Source: a virus (Duplodnaviria > Caudoviricetes). Taken from it: 64,000 nt of DNA. The DNA lies in IMG/VR virus record IMGVR_UViG_3300026549_000043, positions 32,001-96,000 of that record; one strand, 5' to 3'. The position numbers and the translations under genes were made by a program. Below are positions 52,090 through 62,345 of the stretch, in pieces; position 1 is the first letter of the stretch, and each line of letters opens with the position of its first letter. The notes under the pieces are model-generated. The model saw only the letters and a program-made list of their open reading frames with translations. It was not told the origin of the DNA and did not search any database.

Positions 52090-52368
52090 ATGAAGAAATT
52101 ATTTTATAGTGAAATTTTAAAGAAGTATTATAATACCGAAGAAGAATGTCTTGAAGCTGAAAAGGAATATAACGAAAAGCATAAGGCTGAGTTATTGGCT
52201 AAAGAAGAAAAGACTGCTGCAGCAAAGGAAATTGAAGAAGCCTATAAAAAGTATATCAATTTAAGGTCTGACTTCATTAAGCGGTATGGGAGCTATCACC
52301 TGACCTTAACTGACAAGGATCTTCCAACTAGTTCACTATTTGATCTTTTTGATAGATTCTGGTTCTAA
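52090..52368 (+). CDS. Hypothetical protein
   Basis: AGGAGG RBS; TGCTAAATT upstream at 51998. Confidence 0.65.
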   Translation: MKKLFYSEILKKYYNTEEECLEAEKEYNEKHKAELLAKEEKTAAAKEIEEAYKKYINLRSDFIKRYGSYHLTLTDKDLPTSSLFDLFDRFWF

Positions 52369-52488
52369 AAAAAAAATACCTGTAACTTTAATTAGAAGTT
52401 TATTTCTGTATATATTAAATCACACAGTATTTACTAATAACTTCTAAGTAAACAAGTTCTCCTCATTTCTATATGTTTACTTGTTAAT

Positions 52489-52517
52489 GAGCTACTGCTA
52501 GGTAGCTCTTTTTTTTT
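52489..52517 (+). terminator. Intrinsic terminator
   Basis: GAGCTAC-TGCTAG-GTAGCTC followed by a T run. Confidence 0.8.
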
Positions 52518-52701
52518 AGTTTATTATTATTCTATCTAGTAATATAATAATAATGTAAATAAAAAGGTGATACTATGAAAAAGAAAAAATCTTCTGTTAG
52601 AGATATTTGGATACCAGAAACTTGGAGATATAATGGTTCTGGTTACCAGAAGAATAAAAAGAAAGTCATAGATCGTAAAAAGAAATATAGAGGAGGAAAT
52701 T

Positions 52702-53175
52702 ATGAATAAAACCCATGCTCAGATCAGAGAAGAATCAAGAAAGATAGAAGATAAATGGTTTGATGAATGGAATGCATTAGGTGGGCCAGAAAGTGGTAAA
52801 AGACCTGACTGGTATTATGAGGATAAAATCCATGACCTTTATACTGAATGGCGTCAGTCATTAGAAGTAGGTGACAGAGTTCACATCTGTTGTTACTCTG
52901 ATATTGAACCAGCTACTGTCATTAAGAGAACGAAGTCTTCTGTTACTGTTAGATATGATGATGCCGACTTAGATCCTAATTGGAAGCCTGAATTTATTCC
53001 TGGTGGATTTAGTGCAATCTGTACAAATGACTCTGACCAGAAGTGGATTATTAAAGAAGATTTAAATGGTAGAACTGAAACCTTTAGATGGTCTAAGAGA
53101 TATGGCCGTTTTAAGAATACTTCAAATGAATTCTGTGAACCAGAATGGTATAAATATTATGACTATAATTTCTAA
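52702..53175 (+). CDS. Hypothetical protein
   Basis: GAGGAGG RBS; ends YYDYNF. Confidence 0.65.
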   Translation: MNKTHAQIREESRKIEDKWFDEWNALGGPESGKRPDWYYEDKIHDLYTEWRQSLEVGDRVHICCYSDIEPATVIKRTKSSVTVRYDDADLDPNWKPEFIPGGFSAICTNDSDQKWIIKEDLNGRTETFRWSKRYGRFKNTSNEFCEPEWYKYYDYNF

Positions 53176-53185
53176 GGAGTAAAAC

Positions 53186-53368
53186 ATGGAAAAAGTTAAA
53201 AGAATATGTCCTAGATGTGAAGAAGAATATGATGATTTTCCATCAATTTCTAGAAGAGATAATAAAACAAAAATATGTCCTATGTGTGGTATGGTTGAAG
53301 CCTTTGAAGATTATTTTAAAGTAAGATATATTGATAAAATTTATTGGGAGGAAAATAATGAAAGCTAA
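53186..53368 (+). CDS. Small zinc-finger protein
   Basis: CPRC...SRRDN...CPMC. Confidence 0.65.
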   Translation: MEKVKRICPRCEEEYDDFPSISRRDNKTKICPMCGMVEAFEDYFKVRYIDKIYWEENNES

Positions 53369-53600
53369 CCTTGAAAACTATACTGGAAAAATTATAGAAA
53401 AGCCATTAGAAGCCATAAAAGAAAAATGTTTAGATTGTTCAGTATATGATGAAGTTGAAGTTAAGTTATGTTCATGTACTGGATGTTCTTTGTGGCCTTT
53501 TAGATTTGGTACTAACCCATATCATAAGAAAAGAAATTTAACCGATGATCAAAGAAAAGCTGCTGCGGAAAGGATAAATAATGTCAGGAAAAAGAGATAA
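53358..53600 (+). CDS. Small Cys-rich protein
   Basis: AIKEKCLDC...C...C.LWPFR. Confidence 0.6.
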   Translation: MKANLENYTGKIIEKPLEAIKEKCLDCSVYDEVEVKLCSCTGCSLWPFRFGTNPYHKKRNLTDDQRKAAAERINNVRKKR

Positions 53601-53940
53601 GGTAAAAGATTCTGAAAGAGAGTCTATTATTGTACCTAATTTAAATAGATGCTTCGTGTGTGGAACTGATAAGGATATACATCTACATGAGGTATTTTTT
53701 GGCAGTTCGAACCGTAAAAAATCCAAGGAAGATAAAATGCTAATTCCATTATGTGGAATTCATCATAACCTATCTTCACAAGGAATTCATTATAATAAAG
53801 TTTTAGATAATAAGGTAAAGAAGCAGGCTGAAAAAATTTGGATAAAAACTTATTGTGATGAAAATCTTTCTAAAGATGAAAAGATTGGTTTATTTATTAG
53901 CCGTTATGGAGTGAATTATCTGGATGAGGATGAAATATGA
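53581..53940 (+). CDS. HNH-fold (Ref-like) nuclease
   Basis: CFVC...HLHEVF...IPLC..HH. Confidence 0.65.
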   Translation: MSGKRDKVKDSERESIIVPNLNRCFVCGTDKDIHLHEVFFGSSNRKKSKEDKMLIPLCGIHHNLSSQGIHYNKVLDNKVKKQAEKIWIKTYCDENLSKDEKIGLFISRYGVNYLDEDEI

Positions 53941-54182
53941 TAAAAAGCAAAGAAAAAATAAAGGCTAAGAAAAAAGAACAAGCTAGGCGAAGAAGGAAAA
54001 ATTATAAATCTTCTCTTTATATAGGAGAATCTGTTGAATTAATTACTGGAGATCTAACTAGATATCCAGCCTGTTATTGTTCTCACTATAAAGGATTTTT
54101 AACTTTTAATATGATGAAATTACATCGATGTGAAGCTAGAAATTGTAGCCACATCCATAAGAATATTGAAGACTATTTATAA
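53937..54182 (+). CDS. Hypothetical basic Cys/His protein
   Basis: ATGA coupling. Confidence 0.55.
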   Translation: MIKSKEKIKAKKKEQARRRRKNYKSSLYIGESVELITGDLTRYPACYCSHYKGFLTFNMMKLHRCEARNCSHIHKNIEDYL

Positions 54183-54217
54183 TTTGTATATTATTTACAA
54201 AGAAAGGAAAAGATTAA

Positions 54218-54856
54218 ATGAAGGTTTATTTAGCTGGGTCTATTTTTTATTTTGGAGATGAACTTCGTAATAAAGAATGGGCTAAAAGAATTAGAGACCA
54301 ATTTCCTGGGATTGATCTTTATTCACCAATAGAAAATACTGATATTAATGGAGTCGAGGGTAAACTTAAATTCGCTGGATCTAGATTAATCGCTGATGGT
54401 GATAATCAAAGATTAGACCATACTGATGTATTAGTAGCATGTATTGATGGAGATGTTATTCCAGCAGGTACTAGTGCTGAAATTGGGGTTATGAGAGAAA
54501 AGATTAGACGTGGAGACCATAAGTATATTATTGGTATTTGTACGGATAATAGGGAATGTTCTAGAACTCATAGCTTAGAAAAAGATAATGGTGCGGCGTC
54601 AGAAATTTGTGAACAGCAATACTCATATCAAAATTTATATGTAGTTGGTTTAATTAAAGAAAGTGGAATCTTAGTAAATAATATTGAAGATGCCATTAAA
54701 TTTATGAAAAAAATAGCCCCAGAATATTCTCAGGAATTTGTTGATGATGTCTGGAATAATAAGGAAATCTTAAGATACTTGAGCGAGGATTCTTCTTTCT
54801 GGGAAGAAGATGAATTGGTTAAAGAATACTCAAACAGTCATAAAGGAGAGATCTAA
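54218..54856 (+). CDS. Nucleoside 2-deoxyribosyltransferase / NMP hydrolase family
   Basis: VYLAGS.F, YSP, D..RLD, GTSAEIG, NLYVVG. Confidence 0.85.
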   Translation: MKVYLAGSIFYFGDELRNKEWAKRIRDQFPGIDLYSPIENTDINGVEGKLKFAGSRLIADGDNQRLDHTDVLVACIDGDVIPAGTSAEIGVMREKIRRGDHKYIIGICTDNRECSRTHSLEKDNGAASEICEQQYSYQNLYVVGLIKESGILVNNIEDAIKFMKKIAPEYSQEFVDDVWNNKEILRYLSEDSSFWEEDELVKEYSNSHKGEI

Positions 54857-54859
54857 TTT

Positions 54860-56107
54860 ATGGATAAATTAATATATAGAATTGAGGACTCACCAAAAAG
54901 TATTAAAGAATATTTATTATATGGTGCTCAGCAATGTTTATCAATTCTTACTGCTACAATTTTAATTTCTACTATTTGTGGCACTAATGTTTCAGCTGGT
55001 TTTGTTGGTGCCGGCGTAGCTACTATTACTTTCTTAATTCTAACGGGATTCAAAGCCCCGTTATTCTTTAGTAATAGTGGATCTACTTGTGCAGCCGTTA
55101 TTACTGCCTTGGCAATTGGACATGACTATACAGGGGTTATTCTAGGCGGTATTACAGTATGTTTAATGAATACTGTAGCTGCTTTAATTACTAAAAGAGT
55201 CGGGTCTGATTGGGTAAATAAATTATTACCTCCTGTAGTATCGGGAAATATTGTAACCATTATTGGTTTAAATCTAGCTGGATTTTGTGCTACTTATGTT
55301 GGGATGGGTAATGAAGGAGAATTAATCAGAGTCTTTATTGCCTTCTGTACTATGTTAATTACTGTTTTAACTATGCATTATTCCAAGGGTATGCTAAAAA
55401 CTCTACCATTTTTAATTGGAGCTCTAGGCGGTTATTTGTTATCATTAATTTTTGGGTTAGTAGATTTTTCAGTCTTTAATAATTTAAAATTAATTACCTT
55501 GCCTGATTTTGCTTTTCTGCATGTAGATTTTAAGGAGTTTGACTGGTTAACTTTACCTACTATTATAATAACCTTTGGAGCAGTTAACCTAGCTAACCTA
55601 GGTGAACATATTTCTGATATATTAGCCGTTAGTAGTATTGTAGATGAAGATTTAACTAAATCCGTAGGGTTACATAAAACTTTCTTCGGTGATGGTGTGG
55701 CTGATTTAGTCGGTACCCTTATTGGTGGTCAGCCGACTACTACATATTCAGAATCTTTATCTACTATTGCTGTATCTAAAGTAGCATCCACTAAAGTTAT
55801 TTTAGTAGCAGCTTTAATGACTATCTTATTAGGATTCTTTGGTCCATTACAGGTATTTATTTTAAGTATTCCTAATTGTGTATTCGGTGGGATAGCTTTA
55901 GTAGCTTATGGAATGATTGCTGCTAGCGGAATTAAAATCTTAAATACAGTTAATTATAATCACCAAAAGAATGTCATAATTACAGCTGCTATGCTTACCA
56001 TTGGTGTTTCAGGTGTAGCGTTTAATATAGGACAATTTACTCTAGGTACTATTGCTTTATCAATGATATCTGGGTTAATTATAAATTTATTACTTAAAGA
56101 TGTATAG
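54860..56107 (+). CDS. NCS2 (UraA-like) nucleobase permease
   Basis: Many TM segments; PPVVSG, EHISD, GDG, TTYSE motifs. Confidence 0.9.
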   Translation: MDKLIYRIEDSPKSIKEYLLYGAQQCLSILTATILISTICGTNVSAGFVGAGVATITFLILTGFKAPLFFSNSGSTCAAVITALAIGHDYTGVILGGITVCLMNTVAALITKRVGSDWVNKLLPPVVSGNIVTIIGLNLAGFCATYVGMGNEGELIRVFIAFCTMLITVLTMHYSKGMLKTLPFLIGALGGYLLSLIFGLVDFSVFNNLKLITLPDFAFLHVDFKEFDWLTLPTIIITFGAVNLANLGEHISDILAVSSIVDEDLTKSVGLHKTFFGDGVADLVGTLIGGQPTTTYSESLSTIAVSKVASTKVILVAALMTILLGFFGPLQVFILSIPNCVFGGIALVAYGMIAASGIKILNTVNYNHQKNVIITAAMLTIGVSGVAFNIGQFTLGTIALSMISGLIINLLLKDV

Positions 56108-56130
56108 TATTTTTAAGAAAAGAGGTAAAC

Positions 56131-57360
56131 ATGAAGAAAATTATTTCTAAACTTTTGGTAGCCCTTTTATTGGTTACCTCATTTACTGGATGTAGTGGAG
56201 AAAAAACTCCTGAACCTGAGAACCAGCCTAAGAAGATTGGTATTATTTTAGTTGGTGATGAAAATGAGGGTTACACATATGCCCATATGGTTGGAATTAA
56301 GGAAGCCATGAAGGCTGCAAGTTTAGAAGATAGCCAGGTAATTTGGAAATATTCAGTTGGTGAAACTCAGGACTGTTACGACCAGGCAGTAGACCTTGTT
56401 GAACAGGGTTGTACAGCCGTATTCTCTAACTCTTACGGCCATCAGCAGTTCATGCAGCAGGCTGCTTCAGAGTATCCAGATGTACAGTTCGTAGCCGCAA
56501 CTGGTGATACAGCTGCTCTCAGCGGACTGAGCAATTTCTCAAACGCATTCACAAAAGTTTATGAATCACGTTACGTATCAGGCATCGTTGCCGGTATGAA
56601 GCTGGCTGAACTTGAAGCTGCCGGACAGATTCCTGCAGAAAGCTACAAGGATGGCAAGGTTCTTATTGGTTATATTGGTGCCTATCCTTATGCAGAAGTT
56701 GTTTCAGGCTTCACAGCATTCTTCTTAGGCGTTAAGTCAGTATTCGAAAACGTTACAATGGAAGTCATCTACACCAACTCATGGTTTGATATCGTAGCCG
56801 AGGGTGAAACAGCTAATACCATGATGGCTGACCACTGTGTTATCATTGGCCAGCACGCTGACTCAACAGGTGCTCCAGCTGCAATCGAAGTAGCACAGAA
56901 GAATGGAACAGTTGCTTATTCAGTTGGTTATAATGTTGATATGTTAGAAGTAGCACCAAACGCTGCCTTAACTTCAGCTACAAATAACTGGGGTGTTTAC
57001 TACACATATGCATTCAAGCAGGTTGTAGAAGGCAAGAAGATCGATACAAACTGGGCTCAGGGTTATGAATCTGACGCAGTTGCCATCACAAAGTTAGGTC
57101 CTAACTGTGCTCCTGGCACACAGGAAGCTGTTGACAAGGCAATCGCTGAAATCAAGGCTGGCACATTACATGTATTCGATACAAGCACATGGACAGTAAA
57201 CGGCGAACACTTATCAGAATTAAAGATCGACTTAACAGGCGACTTTGATACAGATGATGCAGAAGACAAGAACGCTATCTACAATGGCTACTTCCATGAA
57301 TCAGAATTCAGAAGCGCTCCATCATTCAGCGTAATCATCGACGGAATATTCGAAAAGTAA
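56131..57360 (+). CDS. BMP-family nucleoside-binding lipoprotein
   Basis: Lipobox FTGC; GYTYAH, YESRYVSG, SWFD, QHADS, NWG.YY. Confidence 0.9.
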   Translation: MKKIISKLLVALLLVTSFTGCSGEKTPEPENQPKKIGIILVGDENEGYTYAHMVGIKEAMKAASLEDSQVIWKYSVGETQDCYDQAVDLVEQGCTAVFSNSYGHQQFMQQAASEYPDVQFVAATGDTAALSGLSNFSNAFTKVYESRYVSGIVAGMKLAELEAAGQIPAESYKDGKVLIGYIGAYPYAEVVSGFTAFFLGVKSVFENVTMEVIYTNSWFDIVAEGETANTMMADHCVIIGQHADSTGAPAAIEVAQKNGTVAYSVGYNVDMLEVAPNAALTSATNNWGVYYTYAFKQVVEGKKIDTNWAQGYESDAVAITKLGPNCAPGTQEAVDKAIAEIKAGTLHVFDTSTWTVNGEHLSELKIDLTGDFDTDDAEDKNAIYNGYFHESEFRSAPSFSVIIDGIFEK

Positions 57361-57386
57361 TCAGTAATAAATTTTTATTTAATAAT

Positions 57387-57413
57387 AAAAGAAAGCTTAG
57401 GCTTTCTTTTTTT
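57387..57413 (+). terminator. Intrinsic terminator
   Basis: AAAAGAAAGC-TTAG-GCTTTCTTTT. Confidence 0.8.
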
Positions 57414-57480
57414 GAATTTAAGTTAGTTTACTATATAATATTTTTTGTATATAATAATTGTATATAAATAGGAGGAAACT

Positions 57481-57678
57481 ATGAATAAGGACACATTATT
57501 AGACTTTGGGATAGCCCTGCTTATGACAGTTATTCATATTGGATTAGTAGTATTTACCTTATGGTTAATAGCTAGACTTTTACATGAAGATTTTCCGCAT
57601 TATTTAGAAATAGCCGGTTTAGGAATGTGGGGATATTCAGTATTTAAGTCATATATGAGGAAGGATAATAGAATTTAA
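57481..57678 (+). CDS. Small membrane protein
   Basis: Two hydrophobic segments; AGGAGG RBS. Confidence 0.6.
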   Translation: MNKDTLLDFGIALLMTVIHIGLVVFTLWLIARLLHEDFPHYLEIAGLGMWGYSVFKSYMRKDNRI

Positions 57679-58700
57679 TGAGTAATTTAGAAAAGGCCTT
57701 AGCTGAAATAAATAAGAAGTTTGGGAAGAATTCAGTAATGGTATTAGGAGATAAGGATCCTAATAAAGTTAATTGTATTTCTACTGGCTCTTTACAGTTA
57801 GATAAAATCTTAGGTGGAGGCATTGCTATAGGAAGAGTAGCTGAAATCTATGGAGTAGAAGGTGCCGGTAAAACTTCATTATGTTTACAGTTAGTAGCTC
57901 AGTGCCAGGCTCGTGGAGATTCTGTCGCCTACGTAGATGTTGAAAACGCTGTGGATTTAAATTATGCTAAAACTTTAGGAGTTGATGTTTCTCATTTAAT
58001 TTTTTCTCAGCCATCATCTGCTGAACAGGCTTTAGATATTGTTGAAGCCTTAGTAAAATCTAATGAAGTAAAATTAGTAATTATTGATTCAGTTGCTGCT
58101 CTAGCCCCGCAGGCAGAATTAGATGGTGAAATGGGTGATGCAACAATAGGGCTCACGGCCAGACTCATGGGAAAAGCACTCAGAAAAATCACTGCTGCAG
58201 TTAATCAGGCTAACTGTGCTGTAGTATTTATTAACCAGTTAAGATCTAATATTGGTGGATATGGTAACCCTGATACTACTACTGGTGGCAGAGCTCTTAA
58301 ATATGCTGCTTCACAAAGAATTGAAATGCGTAAGACAACTGCTATTAAAGAGGGTGCTAATGTAGTTGGTAATATGGTAAAAATTAAAATTGTTAAAAAT
58401 AAAATTTGTCCTCCAATGCAGGTTGTAGAATTACCTTTAATTTTTGGTAAAGGTTTTAGCCCTGAAGATGAAGTTATTGATTTAGCCATTGAATTCGAAT
58501 TTATTCAGAGGTCGGGTGCTTGGTTTACTACCCATGATGGTGAACGATTACAAGGTAAATCCAATGTTAAGAGTTATTATGAACAGCATCCTGAATTAAC
58601 TGAAGAATTGACTAAGATGGTTAAAGATAAGCTAGCTGGAGTTGAAATAGAGCCTGAATATCAAATAGACCCAGATACTGGTGAAGTATTAGAATTCTAA
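57678..58700 (+). CDS. recA: Recombinase RecA
   Basis: STGS..LD, GVEGAGKT, DSVAAL, FINQLR, GGRALKYA, KNK. Confidence 0.97.
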   Translation: MSNLEKALAEINKKFGKNSVMVLGDKDPNKVNCISTGSLQLDKILGGGIAIGRVAEIYGVEGAGKTSLCLQLVAQCQARGDSVAYVDVENAVDLNYAKTLGVDVSHLIFSQPSSAEQALDIVEALVKSNEVKLVIIDSVAALAPQAELDGEMGDATIGLTARLMGKALRKITAAVNQANCAVVFINQLRSNIGGYGNPDTTTGGRALKYAASQRIEMRKTTAIKEGANVVGNMVKIKIVKNKICPPMQVVELPLIFGKGFSPEDEVIDLAIEFEFIQRSGAWFTTHDGERLQGKSNVKSYYEQHPELTEELTKMVKDKLAGVEIEPEYQIDPDTGEVLEF

Positions 58701-58809
58701 TTAAATTAATTAAAAATAATTAATAAAAATTTTACCTGATTAACACATCAAGTAAATAAAAAACTATACAAAATATTGATAAAATTAACAGAAATAATGA
58801 GGTAAAAAC

Positions 58810-59031
58810 ATGAATTTAACAGAAGTTAACAGTAGTAATATTAACAAGGTTGGATATGACGATAATAACTTATTAGTTGAATATAAATCCGGAGTACTAT
58901 ATAAATATTTAAATGTACCAAAAAAGTTATATGAAGAACTTTTAAATTCAGAATCCAAGGGCAGATTTATGAATTCTAATATTAAGGGGAACTTCGAATA
59001 TTCAAAAATTGAAAGGATCCCTAAAATCTAG
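58810..59031 (+). CDS. KTSC domain protein
   Basis: SSNI..VGYD...L.VEY..G..Y.Y.NVP...L..SKGRF.N..I. Confidence 0.88.
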   Translation: MNLTEVNSSNINKVGYDDNNLLVEYKSGVLYKYLNVPKKLYEELLNSESKGRFMNSNIKGNFEYSKIERIPKI

Positions 59032-59140
59032 GGATCCTGGATTTTGCACGATCCCCTCCTGGATTTTGCACGAGGGGGTCATGGATTTTGCACGACAATA
59101 ATATAGATATAATATAGATATATTAAAGATAGATATAGGG
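59014..59140. repeat. Inverted repeat + three 14-bp direct repeats + AT-rich repeats (origin-like)
   Basis: TGGATTTTGCACGA at 59038, 59060 and 59082 (22-bp period); AGGATCCCTA/TAGGGATCCT; AATATAGATAT repeats. Confidence 0.8.
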
Positions 59141-59209
59141 AAATTAAAAAATAGATCTTAACCCTTTTTAGATATCTGCTAAATTAAATATATTGTAGGA
59201 GACTTTTAA

Positions 59210-62200
59210 ATGAATAATATTTTAACTGAGGCCATCGGCGAAGATGGTTTAAACTTCAGAGATATTTATAATAATTTAATGGAATCAACACATAATTTTA
59301 CTGAAGAATCTGGTGATTTTAAATTTGATTCTAGTTTCGAAGCTAGCTTAGCTGAGAATATTTTAAAGGATAAATATTCAGAAGTTGAAATTAAACCATT
59401 AGACATGGATGACGAAAATGAATTATTTTATACAGTACTTTATAAAGATCCTATTATTAAAGAGGATTATAAAGATTTAGATTTTCAAGATAATAAAAAT
59501 CCTGAGGGTACTCCATTAGGTAGTTTTGGTGAATCATTACTTTCTGAAGGACAGAAACCAGCCCATTGGGCAGTTATTAAATCTTCAGGTGGTAGAGGTA
59601 AAAATGGTTGGATAACTAATATCTCTGTTGAGGCTATTCCAAGTGAAATTAAAGACATGAATAGCCTTAAAGGATTTAGTACTTGGGGACCTAATAATCA
59701 ACATGTATCAAATAGATATAAGGCTGATTCTCTAGGTATATTTTCAACCAAAAAAGAGGCTCTAGAAAAAGTAAAAGAATTATTACGTAAAGAGCCTAAC
59801 TATAGAGCCTTTGGAACCAACGCTGAAGAAGTAGAATTACTCGAAAAAATTATTAAGTTTGGCTCTAAATGGCAGGTGCAATCTGAGAAAGGTAAAAATA
59901 TGGGAACTTATAATACTAAAAAAGAAGCCGAAGACAGATTAAAACAGGTAGAATATTTTAAACATATAAATGAAGGTATTTTTAGTAATATTGGTAAAAC
60001 CGCAAAAATAGCTATGTTAGCTAAATGGGTTTCTAATCATGCTGATAAGGTTCAATATTGCTCTAAAAGGGATCAAGATCGCATATTAGAATTATTTAAT
60101 GATATTAAACAGTATTCTAAGAATATTGACATTTTTGATAATACTGAATTTGAAGATGGCGCTGTTGAAGATATTTTAGGCAAAATTGAAGACTGCTATG
60201 AAGATATAAAGGATATTATTAAAAATTCACAAATACATGAAAGTTTTGATTCTGATACTGTAGAAATTTCTTCAAAAATAAAAAATATTAATAATAAGAT
60301 TATTTCACTTTTAAATGGAAGTGATTTAATAAATGAAGACCGTAAGTCAGATATTGAATCTACCCTTTTAGATGGTGAACCTACTTTCGCTGAATATATG
60401 GAAGATAATTATGGCATTGATATCTATGATGATGAAATTGCCGAGAACCCTGATGTAGAAGATCATTACTTAAATGAGTATGAAAGCTATTTAGATCATT
60501 TATATGATTTAGATGATGAAAGTAATTATGATGCAGCCCACGCTGCTGAGTGGATGGAAAGATATCCTCATGGTTACTATAATAATGAGAATGACTATTG
60601 CGTTGATGATGAAGATGGTAGCCCAGATATTGATTTTGAAGAAGACGATGTTGACCCAGATCAATTCTTACAGGCTTACGAGTTAACTAAAGACATGGAC
60701 GAAGATGAAGCTTGGGAATCTATTTCTCAAAGATTCGATAAGGAAAAAGATCTTGGATTCTGGGGACCAGATGAAGCTGAAAGAGGTAAACATGAGGTAT
60801 TTGATTACTGGAAAGAAATTTCTTTAAAGGAAGACTTTGATCCAGAAGATCTTGTTATTGAATGTCCTCAATGTTTAAATGATTTAACTTTTGTTGGCTA
60901 TCAGGGTGATTTAATTGAATTTAAATGTGATAGCTGTGAAAATTATTTCTATATGGATCCTAATACTAAAGAATTACTTTCACCTACTGAACTAGATAAA
61001 AGATATTTAACCGAATCTACCAATGATCTTTATTATTTTAAGATTACAGGCCCAGTAAGAAAGCAGCGTGGGTGGTCTCCTGATGATGAACCTACAGTCT
61101 TTGTAACTGGAATCTGTGATGAATTAAAGGGTAGCAGAGGTTTTAGAGATGGTACTCACGAATTCCGTGAAAGTGATTTAGAACGTGTTGGAGCTAAGGT
61201 CGGTGATACCGTAGCCTGTCATGTTGATTGGGAAACAGATTATGATGGTCATCTAGAGTTAGAAGTAGACGTAGTCAAAAAAGTAGATGAAGTTTTAAAA
61301 GAAGCTAAGAATAAGAATTATAGAGTAGAGCTTTATTATTATGACAATAATAAACCTGACGATGTAATTTATTTCGAAAATACAAAAGCAGCTTATAATT
61401 TCTGTAATAATAAAATTTCAGATAATGCAGATTATGATGATGGCCTTACTGGTATTTTAGTATTTAATGAGGCTAAAGATAAATTATTAAATACCTGGCA
61501 AAATGGTAGCCGAGGATGGGAAAATAAATCTAAGGCATTAACTGAAGAAGTAAACTTACAGCCTGGAGACGTTAAGTGGTCTTGGTGGCTTCATAGATAT
61601 TTAATTTATAAGGGGTTTGATAAATTTTCAAATAAATATGAGTTTGAGGACTTTGGAGATGATTTATTTGACCTTACGGCAGAAGAAGTTTCAAAATTAA
61701 AGGATAAATATGTTAGTAAAAATGAATCTTTAGATGAAGCAAAGACTCAAGAGTATGAGTATACACTTTATAACACGTTTTCAAAGAATTCGTTCCATAA
61801 GAAAGTAAAGTGCTCTTCTAAAGAAGAAGCAAAGAAGATCGCTGATGATGAGTTAAAGAAACTCCAAAAGAATGGACACTTTAAAGACTTTGTTGTTAAA
61901 GGTGTAAAAGAGCTACAAGAGTCTTTAGATGAAGCCAAAAACGATACACTTAATGCTGACATCTGAGATGAAAATAATGAATTAAGACCTGAAGTTAGAG
62001 AAAAATTAAATTTAATTGTAGAAAAATTTAAAGATAATTTATCTGAAGATGGCGTAGATCTAGATATATCAGATATTATTATAGTAGGATCTAACGCTAA
62101 TTATAATTATACTGACAAATCAGATATTGATTTACATATTATAGCTAACTTAGATATTTATAAAGATAAAGAAGATTTAGCAAAAATTGTGTATAATGCT

Positions 62201-62329
62201 TATAGGCGTTTGTTTAATGATAAATTCGACCCTACCATAAGAGGGCATGAGGTTGAGTTGTTTGTAGAGTCGAATGAGGATGATAATGATAATAATATTC
62301 CTGATGAGGTAGAAAATAACGAAGAATAG
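59210..62329 (+). CDS. Large acidic late polyprotein ending in the N-half of a Pol-beta nucleotidyltransferase (1 in-frame TGA)
   Basis: Reading TGA 61964 as Trp adds GSNANYNYTDKSDIDLH...VELFVE; many (I/L)xE motifs; TGCTAAATT at 59177. Confidence 0.75.
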
Positions 62330-62345
62330 CAATAAGGAGAAGGAT

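Noticed and set aside
59038-59095. Mini-CRISPR array
   Set aside because: 14-bp repeats with 8-bp spacers are far too short; no cas genes nearby
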